Shown in pieces: positions 22,853 through 36,900 of a DNA stretch of 64,000 nucleotides. The number at the start of each line of letters is the position of its first letter. Within the stretch, counting starts at the first letter, position 1. The stretch lies in NCBI RefSeq assembly GCF_011386835.1, contig NC_088792.1, positions 53,630,001 through 53,694,000 of the forward strand, read 5' to 3'. Position numbers and translations under genes: made by a program. The notes beneath the pieces were generated by a model that ran no database searches, had not been told where the DNA came from, and was given only the letters and a program-made list of their open reading frames with translations. The DNA is from Chrysemys picta bellii (lineage: Eukaryota).

Positions 22853-25800
22853 CATTTAAACATCTAAACTTCTTGAATCCTGCTTAGTTGTTGTTCTCAA
22901 TCATACTTTGTGCCAGACAGTGCAGGAAGAAAGACAATACACACGTAATGGTGTTCAGCTGGGCTGCAGATTTATTAGGTGACACGTCTGAGAACTATCA
23001 GGCAATAACTTGTCCAATGCAGGTCATCCTTCATTGGTAATCCATACCACTTGGTGGAGGGCTGCCGTTTGCCCTCCACTTCTTCCCCTGGAAGAGGGCT
23101 CCCACCACACCATTTATTGAGTCCCAGTACTGTTGCTGGGACCCCAGGACCCTTTCTTCATACGCAGGTTAAGTGGGGCCAGTCGGCCACAAGCCCATTC
23201 CCCACCTTCTTTAGGAGATGCATTTTCCTAATCTGCTTTCAATTCCAGTTTATCAGGGAATGAGAACCCTCTATTGGCACCAGCCAAGTTGTCATAACAT
23301 GAATTTTTCAACCTAAGCTACCTATTGGGTCCTTGGGCTACTGAGGAAGGTGAGAAAACCTTTGCAGTGCCCTGACTAATCTGGCAGTGAAGGAAGATTC
23401 CTTCCCAGCTCCCTAAAAGGCTACTAGCATGATGTCCACAGTGTGGCCCAAGAAACCCAGTCCTATGCTAATACTAAATAAGGGGAGGGAGAAACCATTC
23501 TGCCTTTGGAAGAAAAGCTATCCCAGGCATGGGAAAGGATTTATAAACTCTCCCTTTGAGTGGAGCCAACAGACTTTGGCTGGATAGAAGAGTGCAGCAT
23601 ATCCACCCTAGAGCCGCCCCCCCATCCCCATGCCTGCAAGAGAGGGAGGGGGTTGTAATCCTTAGTGAATTTCACAGAATTACAGTGACTTGTATAAAAT
23701 GTACAATACTTGGTTGAAGTAATCTTAAAATAGAACTCAGTTATGCAGCTGTATACTCATTTTTAAGTAAAAACTTAAAAAGGAAAATGTAAATATATGT
23801 AAATGATCAAAATGTAGCTGTGAATGCAGTATAAATGGTCTCTAAAACATATCAAACCCACTTCATCAATCTAGTTGCCTCCTGCTTGTGGAGTTCCTTA
23901 AGAATAATGTGCCTTACATTAGTGTGCTAATAATTAAAGGCTTCATGCTGACAACAGAGTGATAAACAAATTTACCAATAAATTGTAATTGACCATTACC
24001 ACTTTCTATTAGCAACCCATGATTACAAACTTTGATTGTTATTTACTTAATTAGTAGAACACATATTGACTCTTGATATACAAATAAATGATACTACTGA
24101 AAAATGTGAATGAAAAGCTTACAACTGAGTTGTGAGGCTTTTACTTTGTGAGCCTTGATTAACTTTTTTGGTTAGAATACACTAAAATGGCAGGAAGGCA
24201 GTATTGAAAAACATACAGCATTACATGATCTTTTCTGTTTGAAGATCTGTGCAGAAGTGAAGACTCTGGGCAGAGAGCAGCAAGAAAAGCATTTGGGGAT
24301 TTTATAAAATCATAAATGAGCAGATCCTAGGAGATTCAAAGAAGTACATGCTTTTGTTCTGGTGGCATCACAGTCTATTCCAGCTCTGCACTTGTATGTT
24401 CTGTATTACAAGATCCTGTGATTAATTTATTGTCTTGGAACTCTGTTACTTGCCACTTATTTATTATACATAAATAGAAATTGTATAATAAAAGCAGAAT
24501 TTTAGATCTGAACTTAATTCCTCATAACTGGTCCAGATTTCTTATCCTGCCAATTATTTAAATTAGCACAGGCATCCATAGTCCTACCTCTAACTTGAGA
24601 GAGACGGTTAATCCTTTTGCTGTCAGTCTCTGGACAGGGTCCGTAAACCTTGTCATAGCAACCTAATATGCCATTCATGTTTGCTCTTAAAGTTGATTTT
24701 GTTGTCAAGGATTTCAGAGCACCGCAATCAAACAAGTCACTGCTAAGTGATCTTCCACTTACCAATATGAATTATTAATGCTGCCCAGGCACAAATTAAT
24801 CTTATTGAACCAGAGTGGGAAGAGGACATAGGAAGAGATCCAACGGAGTGCCATTTTATGAAGCAGTAAAAAAGTCATGAATTTTAGCTGAGTCAAGTTT
24901 TGCTTTTCAGTGTAAAGTTAGCTAGTGGTAGTGAAGTTTGAGAGCAGCTCTATTTAAGAATGGAGACTAGAGCCAGCCACATTTAATCTCGTTTTACAAA
25001 AGACAGCTGGGGACTGGTGATTTGTGCTGCATCAACCACTTTGTGTGTGAAGGGGAAGGGTGTCTCATCTCTTGAATTTTAGCACTCTTAAGCAGAAAAG
25101 TTCCTGTCTTTTTAAAAATGGCTCAGCAAATAATTTGCCTGTGAATATAACTGTAAGCTCATTATAATTAGTTCTACAAGGAAAGTGCACAAATATTATG
25201 TGGAATTTTCAGGTGGCTTTTAAAAAGATCTTCATGAAACCTTGAAGGTGTACATTGCGTTGTTAAATTCAGGCAGTAATTAAGTTTATCTCTGGCTTTT
25301 CATTAAATGTATTTTTGGTAAAGGTGAAAATGATTATATGGTTCAGTGGTTTGAAAACTCTTTTGGGAATGTTTGGAGAGTCTCAAGTATTTTGCAGTTG
25401 CCTTAGAAAGTTCAAAGCACCAAATAGTATCAGAATACTTCATTCATTAGGAAGCCTTGAAATCTTTAGTTATCAGAAGTTGCTCTCCTGTTTACTAACC
25501 TGCTAAAGATTAAACAGGAAGAGGCAGCCTATCAATCTGGTACAAGCAACCAAAGGGGAAAAAAGGATGTGTGTGGGGGGGGGGGGGGGGGGTTATTGTG
25601 CAGCAAGACATTACCAACAAATACAGAGCTGGCTGGAAAATGTGAATTTTTCCTCATTTGAAATTTTCCCTTTTGGAAATCACGGTTTTCTTTGGAAATA
25701 CTTTTTAAGAGTTAAGAAATTGTGTAAAACCTATCTTTCCCCACTTTCTAGCTGGAAAACAAAGCAGAAAGTAACATTTTTTCAAAAATAATGAAAGTGT

Positions 25801-26066
25801 TACTTTCTCTCACATTTTACTTTTTAAATATTTTCCCATGTGTCCAGGGGGAAAAATATAAATAAATAAATAAATAGAGGAAGTGGGCATTTTTGCACAA
25901 TTTAAAAAAAATTTCAGAAGTACCCAAAAATGCAGGTCCCCCCCACCAATTTTTCATTTTGAATTTTTTTCAAAAATGATTTCCCCCCACAAAATCTCAT
26001 GAAAAATCCTCCAGCTTTCTACATTTGCAAGTAGTGGGTTATATGTATTTCTATAACTTCTAAGTA

Positions 26067-27144
26067 CAGTAGAACCTCTGCGTTACGCAGGGCCGGCTCC
26101 AGGCACCAGCTGAGCAAGCTGGTGCTTGGGGCGGCAGATTGTTCGAGGCGGCATTCTGCCCAATCCTAGGGCGGCACGGCCGCTGCTTTTTTGTTTGTTT
26201 TGTTTTGTTCCGCTCTGGCCGCCCTGTAGGGGGCGGCAGCGCGGAGAACCAGAGCGCCCTGCAGGGCAGTCCTCTTCCTTCCCTCCTCGCCAACCGGAGC
26301 GGAGCCCTCGCGGCAGGCGGCAGGAGGCGGCGCAGTGGGTGGGGCCGCGTGGCAGCATCCCTGCTGTAGCCCGGGCCGCCCCCTTCTCTCTCTCTCTCCT
26401 GCCCGCTACTTCCCCCTCCTCCCCCTCCCCCAGCCGGTCCCCCTGCATCCGCGCTCTGGCCACGCCGCAGGTTTTTTTGATTTTTTTTTTATGCTTGGGG
26501 CGGCCAAAAAGCCAGAGCCGGCCCTGGTGTTACGGATACCTCTGGAATGGAGGTTGTCCTTAACTCTGAAACGTTCGTAACGCTGAACAAAACGCAGCTC
26601 TGGCTCCAGCAGTTCACAAGCCAAGCCAGGTTCCAGAGGCAGCTATGCAGCTTTCTTGCAGGCAGCTTCTTTCCCGGGGTGGGCAAGCTTGTCCCCCCTC
26701 CCAACCAGGGGGCGCGGGAAGGAAGGATGGTGGTGAAAACAACCCATCCCCCTCCTGGTGGGGAGGGGTGAAAACAACACCCCCCTCTCCCCTCCATTTG
26801 GGAAAAGGGGGGAGAAAACAACACCCATGGCTTACAGGAAAGCAATGCAGACCCCAGTGCTGCTCCTGCTCCGGTTGCCTTGGGCTGGCAGTGGGGGCTC
26901 ACAGCTTTGCCTGTGAATCTGTGTCTTCTACTCCTAGCTGTAAGTGGGTGCCCCATGGGTGGGGGTGGGGCAGGCAGCCCAGGTGTGCTTACCTTTAAGA
27001 TGCAATACAGGCACAGTACAGTATTTGCTTTTTTTTTTTTTTTTGGTCCCCGCTGCTGCCTGATTGATTACTTCCAGTTTCACATGGTGTCTGGCTAACT
27101 GGTCAGTCCATAACTGTGGTGTTTGTATCTTTGAGGTTCTACTG
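26067..27144. mobile_element. Tc1/mariner (Tigger-like) non-autonomous element
   Basis: Perfect 12-bp TIRs cagtagaacctc / gaggttctactg. TA dinucleotide on both sides (26065-26066, 27145-27146). Confidence 0.82.
26088..26526. mobile_element. hAT-type MITE nested in the Tigger-like element
   Basis: TIRs cagggccggctc / gagccggccctg. 8-bp TSD gcgttacg (26080-26087) / gtgttacg (26527-26534). Confidence 0.85.
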
Positions 27145-27167
27145 TATCAATAACAAAGTCTAACTGC

Positions 27168-27247
27168 AAGCTCAAAAGCTTGTCTCTTTCACCAACGGAA
27201 GTTAGTCCAGTAAAAGACATTACCTTACCCACCTTGTCTCTCTAATA
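27168..27247 (+). mobile_element. Short Penelope-like 3' fragment (second family)
   Basis: aagctcaaaagcttgtctctttcaccaacggaagttagtccagtaaaagacattacc, homologous to 44871-44947. Holds only the 3' half of the HHR motif. Confidence 0.6.
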
Positions 27248-27310
27248 AAATTAACATGGCACACATTAAGTTGACTAAAAAGTGACCAACTGATAGGTTT
27301 TAAAATGCAG

Positions 27311-28288
27311 TTGTAATTGGAGAATGATCAGTGAATGGGTGTGTTTCTAGTGGAGTTCCGTAGGGATCAGTTATTGGCCTTACGCTATTTAACATTTTTT
27401 GTCAGTGGCCTGTAAGAAAACATAACATTATCACAGATAAAGTTTGCAGATGACACAAAAATTGGGGGAGTGGTAAATAATGAAGAAGATATGTCCCTGA
27501 TTCAGAGCGATCTGGATCACTTGATAAACTGGGCGCATGCAAACAATATGCTTTTAGTACTGCTAAATGTAAATGTATACATCTAGGAACAAAGAGTGTA
27601 GGCCATATTTACAGGATGGGGGACTTTATCCTGGGAAGAAGTGACTCTGAAAAAGATTTGGGGATTGTGGTGGATAACCAGCTGAATATGAGCTCCCAAT
27701 GTGATGCTGTGGCCAAAAAAGCTAATGCAATTCTGGAATGCATAAACAGGAATCTTAAGTAGGAGTAGAAAGGTTATTTTACCTCTATTTTTGGTACTAA
27801 TGCAACCACTGCTGGAATACTGTGCCCAATTCAAGAAGATTATTAATAAACTGGAGAGGGTTCAGAGAAGAGTCACGAGAATGATTAATGAATTAGAAAA
27901 CATGCCTTACAGTGATAGACTCAAAGAGCTCAATCTATTTAGCGTAACAAAGAGGAGGTTAAGGGGTGACTTAATCACAATGTATAAGTATCTATCTACA
28001 TGGGGAACCAATATTGAATAACGAATTCTTCAGTCTAGCAGAAATGTATAACAAGATCCAGGTTGGATGAAGCTGATTCTAGACAAATTCAGACTGGAAA
28101 TAAAGCATACATTTTTAACAGTGAGGGTAATCAACCATTGCAACAATTTACCAAGTGTTGGGGTGGATTCTTCATCACTGGCAATTGGTCTAGGAATTAT
28201 TTTGGGGAAGTTCTATGGCCTATGTTATAAAGGAGGTCCGACTGGGTGATTACAATGGTCCCTTCTCACCTTGGAATCTATAAATTGT
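27311..28288 (+). mobile_element. CR1 LINE 3' fragment, old
   Basis: KFADDTKIGG in the [20 protein letters not shown] and RRLRGDLIT. Ends ggaatctataaattg (decayed tail). Confidence 0.85.
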
Positions 28289-28992
28289 GTAAGTAGGAAG
28301 CAGATTACAGCAAAGCTCTCTGCCTCTAATAATCTGGGCACATTTGATTTAATTTGTTCAGTCACACAATCTCCGCAGAGATGATGGTACCAATTATTGT
28401 TTTGGAAAACATGAACCTTTGCAGTCTCCAAACTGATATGATTTAGTAGCTTTTGATTTTCTGTAACTGTGGGTATAGTGTTGTGCTTAATAATCTTCAG
28501 CACTGAGTATTTCAAACAACATTTGGAATGAACTACACTCATGGTTCCAGGGTCCATGTAAACCCCAGGTGAAATCACCGTAGTTCTGCTCTATGGTGTG
28601 GGAGGTGACTGTGGGAAGCAAATCCACAGGAAGGTTTTGCCCTCTCCACGTAGGACATTGTCAAGTGTGAGGTTAGAGGTAGGCTTGGAGGTTGTGGCCA
28701 CTGGCACCATGATCATACCAACTTCCAACCTCTGCATAGAGTAAAGGGGTTCCAGGAGTTGGAGTTGCTATCCTGGAAGAGCAGCAGAACTGCCCCTGCC
28801 CTGCTAATTGGTGTGGAGCATGCTGTTTTCCCTAACATCTCAATAGTTCTCCTACACAAAACTTGTTTTTTTCCATGAGCGTTTGTGTATGTATGTAGCT
28901 GTGCTCAGGGGAAGATATACTCATAAAATAGAAAGGTTATATTTTATAATGGCATGAGCATGCAACATCAAAGGAGAACTCTGTAGGCAGGC

Positions 28993-29034
28993 GTGTGTGT
29001 GTGTGTGTATATATATATATAGAGAGAGAGAGAG
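28993..29034. repeat. Compound (GT)n(AT)n(AG)n microsatellite
   Basis: Seen directly in the sequence. Confidence 0.9.
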
Positions 29035-29838
29035 AAAGATACTTGCATTATTTCAAAGTATACTGTATAATACCACATAGAGGTATTTTGTGGTTTTGTT
29101 TCACTAGCTACAAAAGTTATTTCATAACCTGTTTTGGTACAAGAGGTTTTATGGAAGCACATACCAGAAAACTTGCAGCAAACGCTTTGAAAATGAATTC
29201 ATAAATACATACTGTTGGGAACCTAAATTGCATAATGTATGTATTTAAAAAAAAATCCATAATCTTTATTTTTAATTGAAAGAAGTTTGGCACACCCACA
29301 ATAGTTTCCGGTAAGCTGTAAAACCTTCTAAGATCAGAAGAGGTACTAAACTGTATTATGTGTACCCTCAGCTACCACAGTGGTGTTCATGGTATAGAAA
29401 CCTAGAAAGATGTAAACTATCTATGTAAAAGAAACAAATGAAATAATCCTATTGTAAAACATAGATTTAGTGTATGTATTGGTTCTCATTTTTAAACTGG
29501 TCCATTGAAGCCAATTGAAAGGCTCCCATTGACGTCAATGGGCATTGCATCAAGATCTTTATAATTAAATACATTTGGATCTCAAATACAACTGTTTATT
29601 GGGGATCGTAGTGAATATTTCTATTATGGTAGCGCCCAGTGACCCCGGTCAGGATTGTGGCTCCATTGTGCTGGGCACTGAACAAGCATGGAAAAGAAAC
29701 AATCCCTGTCTTGATTATGAGACCTAATATAGTGGGTAGATTATCACGCATTTTCCTCCTCTGAGATTCTTGGTTCATGTTCCTGAAACCTCTTGTGCTG
29801 GTCACCATCAGACACAGGATACTAGACTGGATGGGCCT

Positions 29839-30625
29839 TGTCACAGTTCAGGGCAACTGCACCTGTATTCCCCTTCATGATCCACCAAGGTACCCACTCT
29901 TAGGCTTTCGGCTTCCTAGCCATCACCTCTCTTGCATGGATCCCCTTATCTCTTTCACTCCTGACTGGGATTTTTCCAGGCTGCACTGTTTCTTGCCTCC
30001 ACTGTGTTATTCCCAGATGGCCTAAATGGCCAGTGTCTCTGCTTTGCTTACTCTTCAGAGGCTATAAACAGTTACCACACAGCTCTTTCTAAGCAAACAC
30101 ATTTATTCTTAAGGTGAAAGCATTAGGGAGAAAAAAATTAAAAACAATAAAAGAACCTATATGCATGCTAATAAGCTTACCAAAGCTTCCCCTAACTCCA
30201 ACAAAGGCCCTGGTAGGTGATGAGTCCTTCAAACCCCACCAAAGTTTTTTCCTGTGATTACAAGTTCATAACAGCTCAGAACCAGAATGAATATGTCAGT
30301 CTCTCTCATTTATACAGCTTGGGTTTTTGATCTTCAGATTCTGTGAACAGGTGATCAGCAGTCACTGGTTCTCTCCTGAGGTTGTAGCTTCAAAAGGTTG
30401 GGTTCAGAGGTGGGAATTTGCATTCACCTCCCTCCAGGTGTTTTCTAGGAAACTCACTTCACTTTTTCTCAAAAGTTCCCTTTTACACATTGAAGCTCAT
30501 GACACTTCCCAAGGTTTACTTTGGCCACATTCCCCCGCCTAGAAAAGTTACATCCTATCCCATAATAATACATAAACTTTGTATTCAATATAATGGACAC
30601 CAAAGATACTTAAACTTAATTCAGT
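29839..30625. mobile_element. LTR-like fragment
   Basis: Begins tgtcacagttcagggcaactgcacctgtattcccc, resembling a common turtle LTR from memory. Right end and TSD not resolved. Confidence 0.4.
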
Positions 30626-31274
30626 ATTTGTGATCGGTCATTTTTTAATGTGCCCTGCACCTACTGTCTAGTAACCATAGTTAAAGTATATGTAAACAAA
30701 TAGGATTTTATACACTTTGATACACTATTCCAAATGTTTCATTTTGAGCTTTAGGCAGTAGCAAGTTGTATAATGTTTTAGAGAGTAGAGCTTAACAAAT
30801 GTATCAATTAACAAACAAATAAAAATCAGCAACACCATACACACAAATTATATAATCATAACTCAACTGTAGTTTTAAGTATCCTTTGACTTTTTGTCAA
30901 ATGAGAGCTGAACAAAAAGGGGTGTTGTCTGATAGATGTAATCTAACCCTGGGTGGGAGAAGGATCCCCAGCATAAAGGAACAAGTTCAAATATTTCCAA
31001 TGAATTTAGTTTAATAATGATTCTTTACATTTATATAGTGTTTAATTTATGAAGATTTTTACCTCTAATTTTTCGAATGGCCTTTAAAGCAGTAGCACTA
31101 GGTTTGACCTTTTAGTTGCTGTGGGCTCAGCAAAAGGTTGTTGATTAGTGTTGCATCTTAAACTGTGTCACCTGGTTGTTCATTCCCTCTTTTAATAAAC
31201 AGTCTTATTTTTAATGCAGCTGACTTAGACATAATAAAATATTCTTTATGTCTTAGGCAGCCAGTGTGTATTAA

Positions 31275-32819
31275 CCATAGGAATTATAGAAATGGAGGAC
31301 TGGAAGGGACCTTGGTAGGTCATCTGGTCCGGTGCAGTCCCCTTCAGTGCAATTGAACTAAGTATTATCTAGACCAGCGGTTCTCAGCTGGGGGTCTGCA
31401 GCCCCCTTTGGGCTGCGAGCCTTTTCAGGGTGGCTGCGGGACCCCCACAGCTGAAACCCAGAGCCCGAGCCCCGCTGGCCCCTGCCCCCTCAAAATAGAA
31501 GTCAAACTATGCCTATGGCTGAGGGCCCACTCCTAGCCCCGAGTTTTCCCCCTGCCCCCCTCTCTCATCCCGCCGCTGGGCCCTGGAGTTTTTATAGCAT
31601 GTTGAGGGGGGCCTCAGAGAGAGAAAAAGGTTGAGAACCCCTGATCTAGATCATCTCTAACAGATGTTTGTCTAACCTGTTCTTTAAAACCTCCAGTAAT
31701 GGAGATTCCACAACCTCCTTAGGTAATTTGTTCCAGTGCTTAACAACCCTTACAGTTAGAAAGTTTTTCCTAATGTATAACCTTAATCTTCCTTGTTGCA
31801 ATTTAAGACCATTACTTTTTGTCCTTTCCTGCATGGATAAGAAGAACAATTTATCACCCTCCTCTTTATAACAACCTTTTATGTGCTTGAAGACTGTTAT
31901 CATATGTGTCCCATTCCCCCCCCACCCACCCACACACACACACACTCTCCCCTTGGTCCTCTCGTCTCTAGACTAAAAAAAACCAGTTTTTTCAATCTTT
32001 CCGTGTAGGTCATGTTTTCTAGACTTTTAATCATTTTTGTTGCTCTCCTCTGAACTTTCTTCAATTTATCCACATCTTTGCTGAAGTGCGGTACCCAGAA
32101 CAGGACATGGTACTCCAATTAAGGCCTTATCAGTGCTGAGTAGAGTGGAAGAATTACTTCTCGTGTCTTGCTTACAACACTCCAGCTAGTCCACCCCAGA
32201 ATGATGTGTGCTTCTTTTGCAACAGTGTTACATGGTTGATTCATATTTAGTTTGTGATCTTTTATAACCCCTTGTTCCTTTTCTGCAGCACTCCTTCCTA
32301 CGCAATCATTTCCAATTTTGTATTTATGCAGTTAATTATTCCTCCCGTAGTACTTTTCATCTGTCCATATTGAATTTCATTCTAGTTATTTCAGACCATT
32401 TCTTCAGTTTTTCAGTTTTTCAAAATCATTTTGAATTCTAGTCCTGTCCTCCAAAGCACTTGCAACCCCTCCCAGTTTGGTATTGTCCATAAACTTTGTA
32501 AATGTACTCTTTGTGCCATTATCCAAATCGTTTATGAAAATATTGAATAGAACCAGACCCAGGACAGATCCCTGTGGAACCCCACTCAATATGCCCTTTG
32601 ACTGTGAACCATTGATAATTACTTTGTGAGTACAGTTTTCTAACCAATTGTACACCCACCTTGTAGGTTTGTCTAGGCTATATTTCCATAGTTTGCTTAT
32701 GGCAAGGTGCTGTGAGACAGTATCAAAAGGCTTACTGAAGTTGAGATATATCATATCTACTCCTTCCCTCCTATCCACAAGGCTTGTTACCCTGTCAAAG
32801 AAGGACATTAGGTTGGTTT
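31275..32819 (-). mobile_element. CR1 LINE 3' fragment interrupted by a MITE
   Basis: SFFDRVT...DMIYLNFSKPFD, GVPQGSVLG, KVQRRATKMI and VRVVKHWNKLP. Tail cataggaattatagaa at the left. Confidence 0.9.
31375..31643. mobile_element. hAT-Charlie-like MITE
   Basis: TIRs cagcggttctca / tgagaacccctg. 8-bp TSD atctagac (31367-31374) / atctagat (31644-31651), matching the NTCTAGAN preference of Charlie elements. Confidence 0.85.
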
Positions 32820-33199
32820 AATAATAGTATCTGTATTAGTAGTTTAATGCATTTTAAAAATTATTGTATTTAATCATTCTGCTTACTGTCATTAAAGGGT
32901 AAATCAGGGTCATCCACAATGTTTACCATAGCAGAACCGCTATGTTTGTTTGAAACATACCATAGGGATACCTAAGACACTTCTTTCAGCCTGACAGATT
33001 CAGATGTTATGCAAAGACCCAGAAAGGAGGACACAAGAATTATTTCTGCAGGAAGCTTTTGATGTTTTAGGGTTCATTTCTTTACCATAAATAGTTTCTA
33101 TAACTTAGGTTACTGATTCTGCATTCCTAATGCCATAATTCACAGTAATAAGCAGTCAATGCAAGATCTGTGTGGAATGATGATGTATTTGACACTGAA

Positions 33200-33925
33200 G
33201 TGAGGGGATCTCCCACTGTCCCCTCAGGGCACCCCCTTGTGGCTTTGCAGGTATGTTGAGTTCAGCACCCATTCAGGTTCTTCTAATCAATTACCCAGAC
33301 TAGATTGGTTAAGAACATATCCTCCCTCCCCGCCCCATGGGGTCTGATTTATTAAGTCTTTCTACAAAGTGTAACTCACTTTGTTAGTCATCCCAGGTAT
33401 TGCCCACTCTGGATCTATATATGAGTTCTTGGTCGGTTTTCTTGCCCCCTTGTTCAGGAAACCATCCAGCTTCCTTCCTGGAGTTGGGGTTGTACTTAAA
33501 TAGTCACTCTCTCTTAAGACAGGAGTCCCTAGCTGTCCTCCCTGGTGTTCAGTTGTAAATTAGTCCAGCTGTAGGGTCTGAGCCAGCTTCTCCTTCAGCT
33601 GGCCACTTTTCCTCAATTAGTCATCAGGCTCAGAGAGTTCAGCAGGCTGACTTCTTCTACTGGTGTCTGCCCTGCTATGAAGGAGCAGGGCGTCATATAT
33701 GATAGTCTGTTTTGCCCAGTTTGTCCCCAATTTATCAGGTGATAGGGAGGCCTTGCCCTGCCCAATCTGCAACGCTCATGGTCCCAGGCCCTTAAAGCTA
33801 CAGCTTCATGGGTCTACATCCTGTCTACCAATACCTCTTATTTCCTAGCTCTCTGCATACATCAAGACCTTCCAAAATCTTAAAGGGCCACAGCAGGTGA
33901 TGTGGGGCAGACTACCCCTTCGCAC
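33200..33925. mobile_element. Possible LTR remnant
   Basis: GC-richer block from gtgagggg to ccccttcgca (loose terminal inverted match). No TSD established. Confidence 0.3.
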
Positions 33926-36900
33926 CCTTTTAATGAGTGACAATCAAATGATAATCTTACACTGATTAATGAATTTGGGACACAACAATAGTTAATGTAT
34001 GAAGTCCATTATAGATATGGTAGACTTCTCTGAATTTGAGTATTGTCTATGATAGAAGGACACTTAGAAATGTAAAACCTGAGGTAAGAATTGTATATCA
34101 CACTTAACATACAAACAATTTGCATTAAAATTGAACAGTTTAACTGAAGGTTGTCCATCTTTCCTTCTCTAACTCCACAATCTGTTCCTGTGCAGATAGG
34201 ACTTTCCCAAGAAATTTGATGCATGATTGTCAAGATTCGCAATACATACTTCAAATAGTCATTGGGAGTAGAATAATCCATAAAAATATTCATGTTTAGC
34301 AGAGATTACTTGTCAACCGCTACAGTCAGCATCACACTGATTCAACACAGAACTAAGCATTTTGCCTTGAGAGTTAAAACTCAAATATAGGATATGTCTG
34401 TCATTTCATCATATCATTCAGAGGAATCAGAACAGTGGACATTGGTACATGTTTTCTAACAGACTGATAGTTCAGTTTTTGTGTGTGTTTTTGTTTTGTC
34501 CTATTCCTGAAAAAGAATCGCTGACTTACATCACATAGCAAAAGATGGAAACCATTACCCTTTAGCAATTTAATGCTGTTTTTGGCAACTTCCCATTTTA
34601 GTACCACTCTGTTTTGCATTATGTGGAGAAAATCTGGACTTCCAGTACTTGAAGAGCTAGAATGATTGCTGATGAGGATGCAAAAAACTAAATATTACTT
34701 AAAGCATGTCTCAAATAATAATAATAAAAAAAGTCTTAACTTGCTGACCCTGCCTTAAGAATAAAGTTAGATGGTGCAATTTGAAGCTTTGTTCCAACAT
34801 CTGACAGACACACTTTGCATAATGATGCATTGTATCTGGAAATTGTGCACTTGAAGAGAATGCCTTTTCCAAGCTACTTATCTTTTGTAACAGAATAAAG
34901 CAGCTGATAGACCAGAAATATCTCAGGGAGTTCAGTCCTGCAGCACAATTAAGCATTTGCCAAGTATAGTGAGCATAGTACGCACCTATTCCCAATTCAT
35001 CAAAATGGAGTAAACTAGATTGCTCAGAAGTTGTGTAGATTTGCAGTTTGATAGTGATGTGACAGGAAGTTTGCTTCATGGAGTCCAATACTGTTGTTGC
35101 TCTGAGCTGCATGCACACAGACTTAATAGGTCTTTATTCATAAATGCAGTGCTTTTGGGCTCAAGTGTCCAAGTGCCCCCGAATAGCACATTTGTGGGTT
35201 TTGAGCAGTTCATATGTCATTTGCAAGGTAATATAAATGGGGGAAATCCAATCCCTAGGAGACATTACCATGGTCAGTCCCTAATTATTGCCAAAGGAGA
35301 CAGCCTCAGAATCATGAAAACCTGAAAACAGACTCATGCAAACCCACATGCAGCCTTAAACTCTCACTTAGCTAAGAAAATGGTTACACCTGTACCCCTC
35401 GCTTTGACTCTTGATAGCTCATTGGTTGCTTTGTGCATTTGCTGTTCAGAAAAACGTATTTTTAAATCTCAAGTCATATGGGCTAGAGGTTATTCTGTAT
35501 TGAAGACAGAGATGAATGTATCCTAGGCAGATGCAGCGTACTCACTGTGCTTTGTTGTTGAAACTTATGATGAGAGGGATTGGGACGGGCAAAGCCATAC
35601 TACACAATGAATATAGGGGAAAATTCAGCCTCTGCAGGTAGTAGAAGTGAATAGTGTGCATAGTGTCTTAAATAGGTATTAAAACCACATAGTTAAAGTT
35701 ACTATCTATGATAAAAAATCTTTCTAGACAATAACATACTCTGGCATCCATAGTTTGCAAGAATTTCTCCTCACAGCAGCAAATATGTAAAAATGGAAAG
35801 CAGTAAAATCAACATGCTCAGTAATATTTTGGATGAGAGAACTAACTGTATCTTGAGCCATGCTTGTGTTCTGTGGTGACTATACTACCGTAGTATACAC
35901 CTCTAACACCATGCAAAGGTCTTCCCATTACTGTATGCACTGGAACTGCCCCAGAGCACCAGATAACTGCAGAGGAAAAGACAGCAAGGCTCTAGCTCAG
36001 GACATAGGCAGCCATGTGCCTTTTTTCTCTTGAATAAAGAGTACTTCTTTTCTCCTCCAAACCCCTGGGAATGAAAGAGGGGAGGGCTCTTTGCACAAAA
36101 TACTTATGCTTAGAGAGATTGAGCCTCTGCAACTGTGATCAATGGGAAAATAAACAACATAGACTTAGCTTTTACCCTTTTCCAGATTTTCACACACAAC
36201 CTGTGTTGCTGTTGGGAAACATACATTCTCTTATATCATTCATATACTGAACAGTATTTTCCCTGTTACAAAGCGATAAATAATGTGCCACACATGATTT
36301 TACTCCTTCATTTACTCCTCCTGCAGGCAGCATTACTGCAGGCAAAGCAGCACTGTGCTTCAGTAGCTGTGTGAAATGAAAGTCAGGTTGATAAATGCTC
36401 TAATGCTGGAAAAACTTCATTTGCACTCTGTTGAAAATGCCTAACTCAGTGACAGAGTTCAAGCATTGCGTAGCCTCTCTCCCTTGGCCATTAATGCCAA
36501 ACCTTCCTTTTGTTGAGCAACTGTAAGGGTCAATGCCATTTCATTGAGGTACTTCTAGTTCTTTGGTTTGTGACTCTTTCCTTCCAAATATAATCCTCTT
36601 GGATTTTGAGTGCATGGCCCCTTTAAAACCTCATCCTGAGACAGAGGTAGTGCTGGTTGTTCCAGGGAAGGGTGTCAAGGTGGGGAGAGTGAAAGGGGTG
36701 TGTGTCTGTAGTGCCACATAAGACCGTCTACAGCAAGCAGGCCATTCCATAGCAAAGCCTCTGAGAATCAGTCCGAAGCCTAGGAGGGTCAGATCAGCCT
36801 TGCAGGGATGTCCCAGGATACAAGCCTGGAGGAGCATCATGCCAGGAAGCAATCATCCTAGAAGGACAAACCAGAGCCAGACCCAGTATCACTGTTGCCC

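Noticed and set aside
26060-27098. Dense ORF cluster and CpG island suggesting a promoter or gene
   Set aside because: Fully inside nested MITEs with TIRs and TSDs; GC-rich repeats produce stop-poor frames.
34711-35325. Overlapping 135-aa (-) and 101-aa (+) ORFs
   Set aside because: No recognisable homology in the frames I read; cannot be supported without a search.
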